Assembly: GCA_026387775.1 (NCBI GenBank)
Contig: JAPLLC010000106.1
Span: 2,004-66,003, forward strand
Length of the DNA: 64,000 nt
Source of the DNA: Candidatus Methylomirabilota bacterium
GTDB lineage: Bacteria; Methylomirabilota; Methylomirabilia; Methylomirabilales; 2-02-FULL-66-22
Reading direction: 5' to 3'
Below are positions 1 through 8,741 of this stretch, piece after piece (the first letter of the stretch is position 1; every line of letters begins with the position of its first letter). The notes under the pieces were generated by a model. It was not told the origin of the DNA. It was given only the letters and a program-made list of their open reading frames with translations, and ran no database searches. The position numbers were made by a program, and so were the translations under genes.

Positions 1-1
1 T

Positions 2-2323
2 CTGGCAGTGCTGCAAAAGGTGGAGGAGAGTTTCCGGGCGCTCGGCACCGTAAAGGGCGGGGACGGGTTCCTGCAGACGCTGCAGGAGATCCGGACCTCC
101 CTGGACAACGACAGCAAGCTCGCGGGCGCACTCCAGAAGGCGGACAGGGTCCTGCTGCCGGGATTCGGCAACCTGGAAGGGGCCCGGGGGGCGACACCGG
201 CCGGTAAGACCGAAGGCGTCTCCGCATTCGCCGCCAAGAGCGCCTTAACGAACCTCAGTATCCCGGGGGATCAGCCGGGGGCTCTCGTGCCCCAGGCCTC
301 GGAGATGACCTGGCCGCTCGCCGTCCTGGGCGAGGCGGCGGTCGGGATCGGCCACATCAACCGACTGCCGGACCGGGACGGGATCAGCCGCTGGGAGCTC
401 CTGGTCCTGGAATACCGGAATCAGTTCTTTCCCCACTTCGCCCTGGCAGTGGCCGCCCGGGCCATGGGCGTGCCACGCGAGCGGACCCAGGTGGTCTTCG
501 GGGACGGGATCAACCTGGGGGCGACGCACATCCCGACCGACGGTCAGATGCGCCTCCTCATGAACTACTACGGGCCGCCCAAGACATTCCCGCACTATTC
601 GGCTTTCGACGTCCTGAACGACAAGATCGCGACCTCGGCCTTCCAGGGCAAGATCGTCCTGGTGGGGGCCACGGCCCCGGGGATCGGGGATACGGAGGCC
701 ACCCCCCTCGCACCCATCATGGCGGGGGTGGAGAAGCACGCGAACCTGATCGCCAACATCCAGACGGGGCAGTTCCTCACGCGGCCTTTCTGGGTCGAGC
801 TGTACGAGTTGCTGGCGATCCTCTGTCTTGGCCTGCTCACCGCCTTCCTCATGCCGCGGCTCGGGGCGGGCCTCGGCTCGGCGGTGGGAGCGGCCCTCTT
901 TGCCGGGGTGCTGATTGCGGGCTTCGTCGCCTTCGCCTGGGGGGGGATCTGGCTGCCGGTGGCGTACCCGGCCCTGCTCGTCCTCCTGAACTACCTCGCC
1001 ATCACCGCGCGCGGGTTCCTGAAGGTGGAGCGGGAGAAGGAGATCGTCGAGGAAGAGAGCGACGAGGCCAACAAGCTTCTCGGGCTGACGTTCCAGGGCA
1101 AGGGGATGCTGGACCTGGCCTGGGATAAGTTTTCCCGCATCCCCCTGGACGAGGAGATCAAGGGGGTCATCTACAACCTGGCCCTGGATTTCGAGCGCAA
1201 GCGCCAGCCGGCCAAGGCCCTCACCGTGTACGAGCGCATCGCCACGGCGGACAAGGACTTTCGCGATATTGCGGAGCGGATGAAGAAGGTGCAGGCGGCT
1301 GCGACGACCCCCACGCTGGGTCCGGTGCGCGGCGGGAAGCGCGGCGAGGGCACCGCCATCATGGAAGGGGTCGAGCGGCCGACCCTGGGCCGCTACGAGC
1401 TGGTCAAGGAGCTGGGCCGCGGGGCCATGGGGATCGTCTACCAGGGGCTGGACCCCAAGATCAACCGCACGGTGGCGATCAAGACCATCCACTTCGACGA
1501 TGTGGAAGAGGCCATGATCCCCCAGGTCAAGGAGCGCTTCTTTCGCGAGGCGCAGGCCGCCGGCGGCCTCAACCATCCGAACATCCTCACCATCTACGAC
1601 AGCGGCGAAGAGATGGACGTGGCGTGGATCGCCATGGAGTATCTCTCCGGCAAGGACCTCGAGGCCTACTGCAAGCCGGCAAACCTGCTGCCCTGGTCGA
1701 GGGTCCTGGAGATCTGCGCCAAGGTGGGGGACGCCCTGGACTACGCCCACAAACACGGGATCGTCCACCGGGACATCAAACCCGCCAACATCATGCTGCT
1801 GGAGAACGGCGAGGTGAAGGTGACCGACTTCGGGATCGCCCGGGTGGTCTCCTCCTCTCAGACCAAGACCGGGGTGGTGATGGGCTCGCCCAGCTACATG
1901 TCGCCCGAACAGGTGGCGGGCAAGAAGGTGGACGGGCGGTCCGACCTGTTCTCGCTGGGCGTGGTGCTGTACGAGATGCTGGCCGGGGAGCGCCCGTTCC
2001 GGGGCGAATCGATCGCGACCATCATGTTCCAGATCACGAGCAGCCCGCCGCCGCCCATGGCCGAGTTCGTTCCCAAGCTGCCCCCCATCTTCCAGAAGCT
2101 GGTCGAGAAGGCGCTGGCCAAGGACCCGGCCTCGCGATTCCAGGCGGGGGAGGAGTTCGCGAAGACGCTCCGCGCTTTGAAGGAGCGGTTGGACAAAGCG
2201 ATGGCCCAGACGGGGAAGGGCGGCGGGCCACGCGCGGGTGCTCCCGACACCGCGCCGGCGGGACCGTCGGCGGCGTCGGCCACGCAACGCTTTGAGGCGG
2301 TGGCGGGGTCGCCGGAGGAATAG
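2..2323 (+). CDS. CHASE2-type sensor Ser/Thr protein kinase (5' end outside window)
   Basis: Frame is open to the window edge. C-terminal Hanks kinase motifs are [25 protein letters not shown] and SPEQ. The N-terminal extracytoplasmic region plus hydrophobic TM block ([15 protein letters not shown]...) resembles CHASE2. Confidence 0.85.
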   Translation: MAVLQKVEESFRALGTVKGGDGFLQTLQEIRTSLDNDSKLAGALQKADRVLLPGFGNLEGARGATPAGKTEGVSAFAAKSALTNLSIPGDQPGALVPQASEMTWPLAVLGEAAVGIGHINRLPDRDGISRWELLVLEYRNQFFPHFALAVAARAMGVPRERTQVVFGDGINLGATHIPTDGQMRLLMNYYGPPKTFPHYSAFDVLNDKIATSAFQGKIVLVGATAPGIGDTEATPLAPIMAGVEKHANLIANIQTGQFLTRPFWVELYELLAILCLGLLTAFLMPRLGAGLGSAVGAALFAGVLIAGFVAFAWGGIWLPVAYPALLVLLNYLAITARGFLKVEREKEIVEEESDEANKLLGLTFQGKGMLDLAWDKFSRIPLDEEIKGVIYNLALDFERKRQPAKALTVYERIATADKDFRDIAERMKKVQAAATTPTLGPVRGGKRGEGTAIMEGVERPTLGRYELVKELGRGAMGIVYQGLDPKINRTVAIKTIHFDDVEEAMIPQVKERFFREAQAAGGLNHPNILTIYDSGEEMDVAWIAMEYLSGKDLEAYCKPANLLPWSRVLEICAKVGDALDYAHKHGIVHRDIKPANIMLLENGEVKVTDFGIARVVSSSQTKTGVVMGSPSYMSPEQVAGKKVDGRSDLFSLGVVLYEMLAGERPFRGESIATIMFQITSSPPPPMAEFVPKLPPIFQKLVEKALAKDPASRFQAGEEFAKTLRALKERLDKAMAQTGKGGGPRAGAPDTAPAGPSAASATQRFEAVAGSPEE

Positions 2324-2331
2324 GAGACGTT

Positions 2332-3222
2332 ATGCGCTATGTGGCGGCGGCCAAGAGCGACGTGGGACGGAAGCGAAAGGGCAACGAGGACAGCTTCTGC
2401 CTGGCGCCCGACATCGGCCTCTATGTCGTGGCCGACGGCATGGGGGGGCACGCGGCGGGAGAGGTGGCCAGCCGCCTCGCCGTGGAGACTATCCGGGAGT
2501 GGATGGCGAAATACCTGGGCGGCGACGGGGCGGCCATCGTGGGGCCGGCGGCCGCCTCGGGCTCGCCGGAGGCCAGTTATCTCCTGAGCAGCATTCGCCT
2601 GGCGAACCGACTCATCTTCGATGCCGCGCAAGGCCGGCAGGACTACGCCGGCATGGGGACCACGTTGGTGGCGGTCCTGACCCAAGGGGACACGCTGATG
2701 CTGGCCCACGTGGGCGACAGTCGGATCTATCGCATCCGGGACGGACGGATCGCGCAGGTCTCCCGGGATCACTCCTTCGTGCAGGAGCAGGTGGAGCGGG
2801 GGATCATCTCGGCCGAGGAGGCGCAGGTCTCCCAGTACCGGCACATGATCACGCGCGCCCTGGGTCTGAAGGAGACGGTGGAGGTGGATCTCATCGAGGA
2901 GCCGGCCGTGGCGGGGGATGTCCTCCTGCTCTGCTCCGACGGGCTGTCGGACCTCCTGGAGGACGAAGAGATCCTGACCGCCGTCCAGGAGCATGCGGCC
3001 GACCTGGAGCAGGCCTGCCAGGCCTTGGTGGATCGCGCCAACCAGAAGGGGGGCGACGACAACGTCACTACCCTCCTGATTCGAGCCCAGGCGGGAGACG
3101 CGGGTCGTCGGTTGGCGAAAGGAGTGGCCGAGCGTCCGACGGCATCGGCCGGCGGGGCCGGTGGTCGAGCGGTGGGGCGCGGGGGCGTGCTGGGCTGGCT
3201 GAGGCGCGTGTTCCGCGGCTGA
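2332..3222 (+). CDS. PP2C-family Ser/Thr phosphatase
   Basis: Motifs GRKRKGNEDSF, ADGMGGHAAGEVAS, HVGDSR and CSDGL..., with GGDDNVT near the C-terminus. Lies 9 nt after the kinase stop. Confidence 0.9.
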   Translation: MRYVAAAKSDVGRKRKGNEDSFCLAPDIGLYVVADGMGGHAAGEVASRLAVETIREWMAKYLGGDGAAIVGPAAASGSPEASYLLSSIRLANRLIFDAAQGRQDYAGMGTTLVAVLTQGDTLMLAHVGDSRIYRIRDGRIAQVSRDHSFVQEQVERGIISAEEAQVSQYRHMITRALGLKETVEVDLIEEPAVAGDVLLLCSDGLSDLLEDEEILTAVQEHAADLEQACQALVDRANQKGGDDNVTTLLIRAQAGDAGRRLAKGVAERPTASAGGAGGRAVGRGGVLGWLRRVFRG

Positions 3223-3238
3223 GACGGGGAGAAGGGCT

Positions 3239-3529
3239 GTGAAGCTCGTGCTGAGTTTTCAGGGAGTGCAGATTCGGGAGTATGCGCTGGATCGGCCGAT
3301 CCTCAGCATCGGCCGGCACGACGAGAACGACATCGTGATCGACCACATGGGGGTTTCGGGTAAACACGCCCAGATCGCGCTGGAGGGGCAGTCGGTGATC
3401 CTGACGGATCTGAAGAGCACGAATGGGACCTTTGTGAACGGCCAGCGGGTGGAGCGGGTCGATCTCCGCCCCAACGATTGGATCTCGATCGGGAAGCACA
3501 TCCTGACGCTCAAGGCCGGTCCGCGCTGA
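3239..3529 (+). CDS. small FHA-domain protein
   Basis: GTG start. FHA signature is LSIGRHDENDIVIDHMGVSGKHAQI...STNGTFVNGQRV. Confidence 0.85.
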   Translation: MKLVLSFQGVQIREYALDRPILSIGRHDENDIVIDHMGVSGKHAQIALEGQSVILTDLKSTNGTFVNGQRVERVDLRPNDWISIGKHILTLKAGPR

Positions 3530-3673
3530 GGCGAAGTACCGGGCACGGCGAATCCTGCCGACCGGCGGGCACGGTGGGGTTGACCGGAGGTCGCAGCCAG
3601 GACGGCTCGCACGGGGTGGCATTCCGGACTCTGGTGTGACGGAGGCGGGTCCACCCGGATGTAAGGAGGCACG

Positions 3674-5353
3674 ATGCCGAGTCCCAGATTCCCCGCGACG
3701 GCAACGCTCATGGACGCCAGGCAGTGTCCGCTCGACAAGTTCGACGCCCTGTTCACGAAGATCACACAGGAGCGCCACATCGCGGATGGGTATTTCCTGC
3801 AAGCCCATCCCGACGAGGCGCGATTGCTGTTCGTCGTGAACGGATCGCCTTACGCCGCCGGACGCGTCGTCGGAGAGAAATGCACCTCCCTCGAGATCCA
3901 CGAGTTCTTTGTGGAATACGAACAGCACCCGGAGTCTCCGCTCTCCTTCTGTGTGGCGGACAAGCGGCTGCTCCTGGGTCTGATGGTCCTGTTCCACCAC
4001 CAGCCCGCCCTGACCTTCAGGACCAATCTCGTGGACATGCCGGAGATCCTGGAGGCGCTGGCGGAGCGAAAGGCCGACCAGGTCCTGGGTCTCCGGTCGG
4101 GGGATGGCTGGGCGGTGTCCATCTGCGCCAAAGGGAAGCCGGTGGCGAGCTTCTTCCCGCCGGGGGCGGGCGACGCCGCGAAGGCGGCGAACCCCGTCGA
4201 GCAGTTGATGGCCTACGCCGGGACCCACGCGGGCGGGTTGACGGTGGACGTGTACGAGGAGACTCGCGTCGGGCCGGCCGGCGACGCGACGCTGGCGACG
4301 CCGGAGACGCAGGGCCACCTGGCGGAGGTCTTCCTCCGCGTGGCCGCCAAGGTGCAGGAAGAGGAGGCCGAGGCGCCCCTGCTCCTGGAGATGGCGTCCG
4401 ACGAGCCCCTCACACTCGAGACGGCTCCCCCCGCGGCACCGCCGCCGGCCGCGGCTCCGGTCGTCGTTCCCGAGCCGGAGCCCCCGCCGATCGCGCTGGA
4501 AACCCCGTCGGAGGCCGCGAAGCCCTCGGTCGAGGCGATGACCCCGCGGACCCTGACCATCAAGACGCTGGGGTCGCCGACCCCGACCCCGCCGACCCCG
4601 TCGGCCGAGGCCCCCCCCGCGGCACCCCGGACGGCCTTCAAGGGGCCCATCCCGGAAGTCGTCCTGTATCTGGGAGACAAGGCGCTTGGGACGTTCTCGC
4701 TGGCGGGCGGCGAGCTGACGATCGGCCGCGTCTCCGGGAACGGCATCGTCATCGACAACGCGGGGGTCTCCCGCCGGCATGCGGTGATCCGGGTGAAAGA
4801 GGACAAGGTGTTCCTCGAGGATCTGGGGAGCGCCAACGGGACGTTTGTCCGGGGGCAGAAGATCGAGACCTGCGAGCTGCACGACGGGGACGAGATCGTG
4901 GTCGTGAAGCACCGGCTGCTGTACCGGATCCCCAAGGAGGCGGATGCCCCCCCGAAGGCCGAGCCCGCCGCGGACGCTGGACAGAAGACCATGTATATCG
5001 ACGCGGCGGCGATGGCCCAGGCCATGGGCGCCAAGCCCGGCCCCGCGCGAACCGAGACGGCCGCCGCCCTGCGCCCGCGCCTGATCCTTCCGGACCTGAA
5101 AAAGTTCGCGCTGGAAGAGGACGAGGTCACGCTGGGGAGCGCCGCGTCCTGTCAGATCCACCTCTCGGGTATGTTCGTGGGCAAAGAGCACGCCAAGATC
5201 GTGCGCACCAAGGAAGGGCACTTCAAGATCCAGCACCTCTCCGGGATGGCGGGCACCCGGGTCAACGGCGAGAAGATCACGGAGCACGTCTTGAAGCACG
5301 GGGACGAGATCGAGGTCGGCAAGCAGAAGCTGCTCTTCCGCCTGGAGCGCTGA
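3674..5353 (+). CDS. protein with unknown N-terminal domain, Pro/Ala-rich linker and two FHA domains
   Basis: AAGGAGG lies 7 nt upstream of the ATG. Two FHA signatures: TIGRVSGNGIVIDNAGVSRRHAVI...SANGTFVRGQK and TLGSAASCQIHLSGMFVGKEHAKI...GTRVNGEK. Confidence 0.85.
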   Translation: MPSPRFPATATLMDARQCPLDKFDALFTKITQERHIADGYFLQAHPDEARLLFVVNGSPYAAGRVVGEKCTSLEIHEFFVEYEQHPESPLSFCVADKRLLLGLMVLFHHQPALTFRTNLVDMPEILEALAERKADQVLGLRSGDGWAVSICAKGKPVASFFPPGAGDAAKAANPVEQLMAYAGTHAGGLTVDVYEETRVGPAGDATLATPETQGHLAEVFLRVAAKVQEEEAEAPLLLEMASDEPLTLETAPPAAPPPAAAPVVVPEPEPPPIALETPSEAAKPSVEAMTPRTLTIKTLGSPTPTPPTPSAEAPPAAPRTAFKGPIPEVVLYLGDKALGTFSLAGGELTIGRVSGNGIVIDNAGVSRRHAVIRVKEDKVFLEDLGSANGTFVRGQKIETCELHDGDEIVVVKHRLLYRIPKEADAPPKAEPAADAGQKTMYIDAAAMAQAMGAKPGPARTETAAALRPRLILPDLKKFALEEDEVTLGSAASCQIHLSGMFVGKEHAKIVRTKEGHFKIQHLSGMAGTRVNGEKITEHVLKHGDEIEVGKQKLLFRLER

Positions 5354-5376
5354 CGACGGATGTCGGGGCTCCAGGC

Positions 5377-5453
5377 AATTTCGAATTTCGAATTTCGAAT
5401 TTCGAATTCAAATTTCGAATTTCAAAATTGTAAATTGTAAATTGCAAATTCTG
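5377..5453. repeat. AT-rich tandem heptamer array (about 11 units: AATTTCG x4, degenerating to AATTGTA/AATTGCA)
   Basis: Read directly. Perfect 7-nt phase between the FHA gene stop (5353) and the comB start (5458). Strongly AT-rich compared with its surroundings. Confidence 0.85.
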
Positions 5454-5457
5454 GCCT

Positions 5458-6195
5458 ATGCACCTGGACGCTCTCTTCCTTCCCTGTGAGCTTCCCGCCC
5501 GCGCCCGGCCCGAGCAGGTGGCCGTGGTGATCGACGTGATTCGCGCCACCACCACCATCGTGACCGCGTTCCGACACGGGATCCGTTCCGTGCGGCCCGT
5601 GGCGAGCGCCGAGGAGGGGCGCAGCCTGCTGGCGGCGACCCCGGGGGCGCTCCTGGCCGGCGAGCGGGGCGGGCAGCGGATCGCCGGTTTCGATCTGGGT
5701 AACTCTCCGCGCGAATTCACGCGGGAGGCGGTGGCGGGCAGGGACCTCATCCTCTCCACGTCCAACGGGACGAAGACGCTGCGCGCCGTCGGCGAGGGCC
5801 GTCGGGTGGCCATCGCCGCCTTTCTCAACCGGGCCGCGGCGGCGGCCTGGCTCGCGTCCCGGCAAGAGGACAGCCTGATCGTCTGCTCGGGCTACGAGGG
5901 GATCTTCTCGCTGGAGGATGCGGTGTGCGCGGGGGCCGTCGTGGAGCGGGCATGCGCGCAGGAAACGCCGCCGGTACTCGGCGACGGTGCCCGGGCATGC
6001 CTCGCCCTCTGGGAGCGGTACGGGGCCGGCCTCCCCGCCCTCCTGAGGGGATCGGGCTGGGGCCGCCGCATCGAAAGCATCGGCCTGGGCCCCGATCTCG
6101 ACATCTGCGCCCGGCTCGACGCGACCAATGTCGTGCCGGTGATGGTCGGAGGACGGATCGCGCTGGAGGAACCCGGATCGAACCAGAAAGCCTGA
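5458..6195 (+). CDS. comB: 2-phosphosulfolactate phosphatase (ComB) family protein
   Basis: VVIDVIRATTTIVTAF...GFDLGNSP...STSNGT pattern is typical of the ComB family. Confidence 0.75.
   Translation: MHLDALFLPCELPARARPEQVAVVIDVIRATTTIVTAFRHGIRSVRPVASAEEGRSLLAATPGALLAGERGGQRIAGFDLGNSPREFTREAVAGRDLILSTSNGTKTLRAVGEGRRVAIAAFLNRAAAAAWLASRQEDSLIVCSGYEGIFSLEDAVCAGAVVERACAQETPPVLGDGARACLALWERYGAGLPALLRGSGWGRRIESIGLGPDLDICARLDATNVVPVMVGGRIALEEPGSNQKA
6178..6195. repeat. direct repeat copy 1 (comB 3' end, TCGAACCAGAAAGCCTGA)
   Basis: Matches 7112..7129 at 17 of 18 positions. Confidence 0.8.
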
Positions 6196-6233
6196 GACGA
6201 CCCCTCCTGATCAGTCCCCGCATCGCAATAGCG

Positions 6234-6440
6234 TCACGATTCCAAGCGGAGCATGTAGATCAGGTACGCTTGGACCTCCGCCGGGAAGAGCCCATCCGGC
6301 GCGCGGTGATAGTGTCGCGTCAAGCGGGCCACGGCCGTGAGGTAGCTCTCGCGCGTGCGCTCGGCCATTCCTCGAACCAGCATGTCGTTGTCCATCGCCG
6401 GCCGCGGTTTGTCGCGGTTGACGCACTTCCTAGGCAACAC
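6234..6440 (-). pseudogene. tyrosine recombinase/integrase remnant (N-terminal SAM-like domain only)
   Basis: MLVRGMAERTRESYLTAVARLTRHYHRAPDGLFPAEVQAYLIYM resembles the N-terminal core-binding domain of phage-type integrases. The ORF stops after about 60 aa and no catalytic domain follows. Confidence 0.55.
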
Positions 6441-6744
6441 TCAGCGTCTTGATGTTGGCTACGTCGTTCTTGATCGCCTGGGCCGCGTCCCACAGGTCGA
6501 TGGCGCGCTGGGCGTTGAGCCAGAACTCCGGCGAGTTGCCGAACAGCTTGGCGAGGCGCAGCGCCATCTCCGGACTCGCGGAGCGGCGCCCGCGCAGCAG
6601 CTCGTTGACCGACTGGCGCGACACACCGATCGCGCCGGCGAGTCCGGACACGGTCAGGCCATAGTCCGGCAGAAAGTCCTCGCGCAGCATCTCACCCGGA
6701 TGGGTGGGGCGGCGCTTCATGGGTCCCGTGTTGGCGAAACGCAT
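6430..6744 (-). CDS. higA: HigA-family antitoxin (XRE HTH)
   Basis: HPGEMLREDFL...GLTVSGLAGAIGVSRQSVNELLRGRR..SPEMALRLAKLFGNSPEFWLNAQ. GAGGTG RBS lies between the higB stop and the ATG at 6744. Confidence 0.8.
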   Translation of the reverse strand: MRFANTGPMKRRPTHPGEMLREDFLPDYGLTVSGLAGAIGVSRQSVNELLRGRRSASPEMALRLAKLFGNSPEFWLNAQRAIDLWDAAQAIKNDVANIKTLSVA

Positions 6745-6757
6745 CTCACACCTCGTC

Positions 6758-7039
6758 TCAGTGGTAGTCGCAGACCTGGACATCGTAGGCGTCTCCATCG
6801 ACGAACCGGAAGCAAATGCGCCACTGGTCGTTGATGGAGATCGAGCACTGACCTTTGCGGTCGCCTTCCAGTGCGTATAACCGGTTGCCAGGCGGAACCT
6901 TCAGGTCGTCAATCTGGGTCGCGAGGTCCACATACTCAAGCTTGCGGGCTGCGCGACCCGCGATATCCGATGGGAACCGATTGGCCCGACCAGTGTCGTA
7001 GAGGTCCTTTGCGCGCTTGTCCGCGAACGTCTTGATCAC
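6758..7039 (-). CDS. higB: HigB-family toxin (plasmid maintenance killer, RelE superfamily)
   Basis: (V)IKTFADKRAKDLYDTG...PPGNRLYALEGDRKGQCSISINDQWRICFRF. The start is uncertain (GTG 7039 or ATG 7069). Confidence 0.75.
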   Translation of the reverse strand: MIKTFADKRAKDLYDTGRANRFPSDIAGRAARKLEYVDLATQIDDLKVPPGNRLYALEGDRKGQCSISINDQWRICFRFVDGDAYDVQVCDYH

Positions 7040-7111
7040 GAGGAGGATGTAACGCGTCACGTGACACACGTCAAGAGGAATAAAGGTGTCCGGTAATTCT
7101 TCTTGCGCGGC

Positions 7112-7129
7112 TCGAACCCGAAAGCCTGA
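7112..7129. repeat. direct repeat copy 2 (TCGAACCCGAAAGCCTGA)
   Basis: Duplicate of the last 18 nt of comB including its TGA. Followed immediately by a family-1 repeat terminus. Confidence 0.8.
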
Positions 7130-7160
7130 CAGGCTGCTGAAGATGGCTCTCGGCGGACGC
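7130..7160 (+). repeat. truncated terminus of interspersed repeat family 1
   Basis: CAGGCTGCTGAAGA is identical to the left ends of the copies at 13720 and 22055. Similarity decays after about 25 nt. Confidence 0.4.
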
Positions 7161-7161
7161 C

Positions 7162-7473
7162 TCAGGCGGCTCGACGCCGACGTAGGGTCGAGAGCGGGGC
7201 GAGGCTGAGTCGCAGTCGGAAGGGGGCCAGGAGCCGGTTTAGCGTCTCTTGGGTGGGGTTGTGTTGCGGGCGGATCGCCCGCTGCACGTTCGAGCGGGGC
7301 ATCTCCACCTGGGTGGCATACTCCGTGATCCCGATCGCCCGGATGACCTTCCCGAGGGCCTGCTGAATGGTCAACCCCTCCTCGATGGCGGCGAGGAGAA
7401 AGGCGCGGGCAAACTTGGGGTTGCGCAGCCGCTCGGCCAGATCGATGTTCCAGTCTTCGCTACGCCGTGCCAT
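7162..7473 (-). CDS. addiction-module antidote protein (HigA-2-like HTH)
   Basis: MARRSEDWNIDLAERLRNPKFARAFLLAAIEEG...ITEYATQVEMPRSNVQRAI. Overlaps the toxin gene by 14 nt. Confidence 0.8.
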   Translation of the reverse strand: MARRSEDWNIDLAERLRNPKFARAFLLAAIEEGLTIQQALGKVIRAIGITEYATQVEMPRSNVQRAIRPQHNPTQETLNRLLAPFRLRLSLAPLSTLRRRRAA

Positions 7474-7792
7474 GCTGGGCCTCCAGATAGTCGCTCCAGT
7501 ACCGCTGCGCCCGACGGATGTCCCGGGATTGGGACGCCTTGGTCCCGCCGAGGAGTAGCAGGAGGGTCTTTCGCTGATGCGTTCCGAAGTAGAGACGGTA
7601 CCCGGAGCCGAAGGGGAGCCGGGCCTCCCACACACCTCCACCGACCGCCTTGTGGTCGCCGAGATTCCCCGCCTCGAACCGTGCAATGCGCGCGGCGATG
7701 CGGGCCTGTGCCGGAATGGGGAGGGTATTCAACCACTCTCCATAAGGCCGGTGGCCGTCGGGGGTGACGTACTGACGAACGGTCCAGGACAT
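7460..7792 (-). CDS. addiction-module killer protein (RelE/ParE superfamily, HigB-2-like)
   Basis: PYGEWLNTLPIPAQARIAARIARFEAGNLGDHKAVGGGVWEARLPFGSGYRLYF...LLLLLGGTKASQSRDIRRA matches the pattern of this family. Confidence 0.8.
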   Translation of the reverse strand: MSWTVRQYVTPDGHRPYGEWLNTLPIPAQARIAARIARFEAGNLGDHKAVGGGVWEARLPFGSGYRLYFGTHQRKTLLLLLGGTKASQSRDIRRAQRYWSDYLEAQHGTA

Positions 7793-7801
7793 CGCGCCGC
7801 T

Positions 7802-7829
7802 AATGTATCATAAATGGTCCGAATGTCAA
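7802..7829 (-). promoter_or_regulatory. sigma70-like promoter for the killer/antidote pair
   Basis: On the minus strand: TTGACA, 16 nt spacer, TACATT, then 9 nt to the ATG (near-leaderless). Confidence 0.35.
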
Positions 7830-7901
7830 CCAGGATGGGCGGGCTGAAAGGCATCCGGTGCCTTCTCTTGCGTTCTTTATACAGCAGTCAATAACTGGTT
7901 T

Positions 7902-8741
7902 TCACAGGTCCATGCCGGCGGTGGTCGGGCGGCGGAGGCCGATGACGGCTTTGATGCTGTCCTTCCACTTGATCTTCGGGTCGCGGCGGTAACGGGTGTA
8001 GAGGGCACGGATGGCATTGTCGGACTGAAGGGCCATGAGGGCCTCACCGCGCCGGCCGGCCTCGGCGTTCCGGGGACAGTTGAAGGGGAGAATCTGACGG
8101 AGGCGGTTGATCTTCCCGAGCCAGATTGAATCGGACACGAAGGGGCGAACGGCGGCAATCAGGGCGTCTGGGTCCCCGTCCAGCATGGGCTCCCCAGAAA
8201 CGCTGGTCTGAAACTCCATGGCGTAGGCGTACTGGAGACAGGCAAGCCGGGCCTTGAAGGACGGCGCGCCGGGTTCCCAGTAGGATAGGATGGCGTCTTG
8301 CGTCGAGCCGATGGAGAATCGGAACACGATCTGTGCGCGGTACTGGGCGAGTTCCTCGCACAGGCGTTTGGCGCACGAGAGGCGCGGTTTCGACACAATC
8401 AGGAGGTCGTTACCCGCGGCCAGCATGCGACCGAGGACCGCTAGGCACTCGTCGATGTTCTGGTCGGTGATGTCGTGGGCGGTCGGGAACATGATCCGGC
8501 CGGATCGCCGGGTGAAACCGCGGTCGAGGTCGTGCTGACGGAACTGGGGCCGTTTCCACGAGGCCGGGGTCGCCCGTTTGAAGCGGATCGCCATGGTCTT
8601 GGCGTAGCAGTACAGGCAGTCGTGCTCGCAACCGTCCTGGATGTTGACGTTGCTTGCCGCCCATTCCTGGGTGCCGGTCGCTAGCCGGACTGTCTGTATT
8701 GTGGCGGTATTCATAGGCACAGTATACGAACTCCTGTTCAC
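7902..8741 (-). CDS. three-Cys-motif radical SAM-type protein (TcmP partner; SplB/Gp37-Gp68-like)
   Basis: GCEHDCLYCYAK is a CxxxCxxC motif near the N-terminus. The GTG start overlaps the stop of the upstream gene (GTGA); an alternative ATG is at 8714. Confidence 0.7.
   Translation of the reverse strand: MNRSSYTVPMNTATIQTVRLATGTQEWAASNVNIQDGCEHDCLYCYAKTMAIRFKRATPASWKRPQFRQHDLDRGFTRRSGRIMFPTAHDITDQNIDECLAVLGRMLAAGNDLLIVSKPRLSCAKRLCEELAQYRAQIVFRFSIGSTQDAILSYWEPGAPSFKARLACLQYAYAMEFQTSVSGEPMLDGDPDALIAAVRPFVSDSIWLGKINRLRQILPFNCPRNAEAGRRGEALMALQSDNAIRALYTRYRRDPKIKWKDSIKAVIGLRRPTTAGMDL

Noticed and set aside
5377-5453. Possible CRISPR-like array, considered for the heptamer arrays here and at 28293 and 37800.
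   Set aside because: The units are 7 nt with no spacers, there are no cas genes in the window, and the architecture is simple tandem or inverted repetition.
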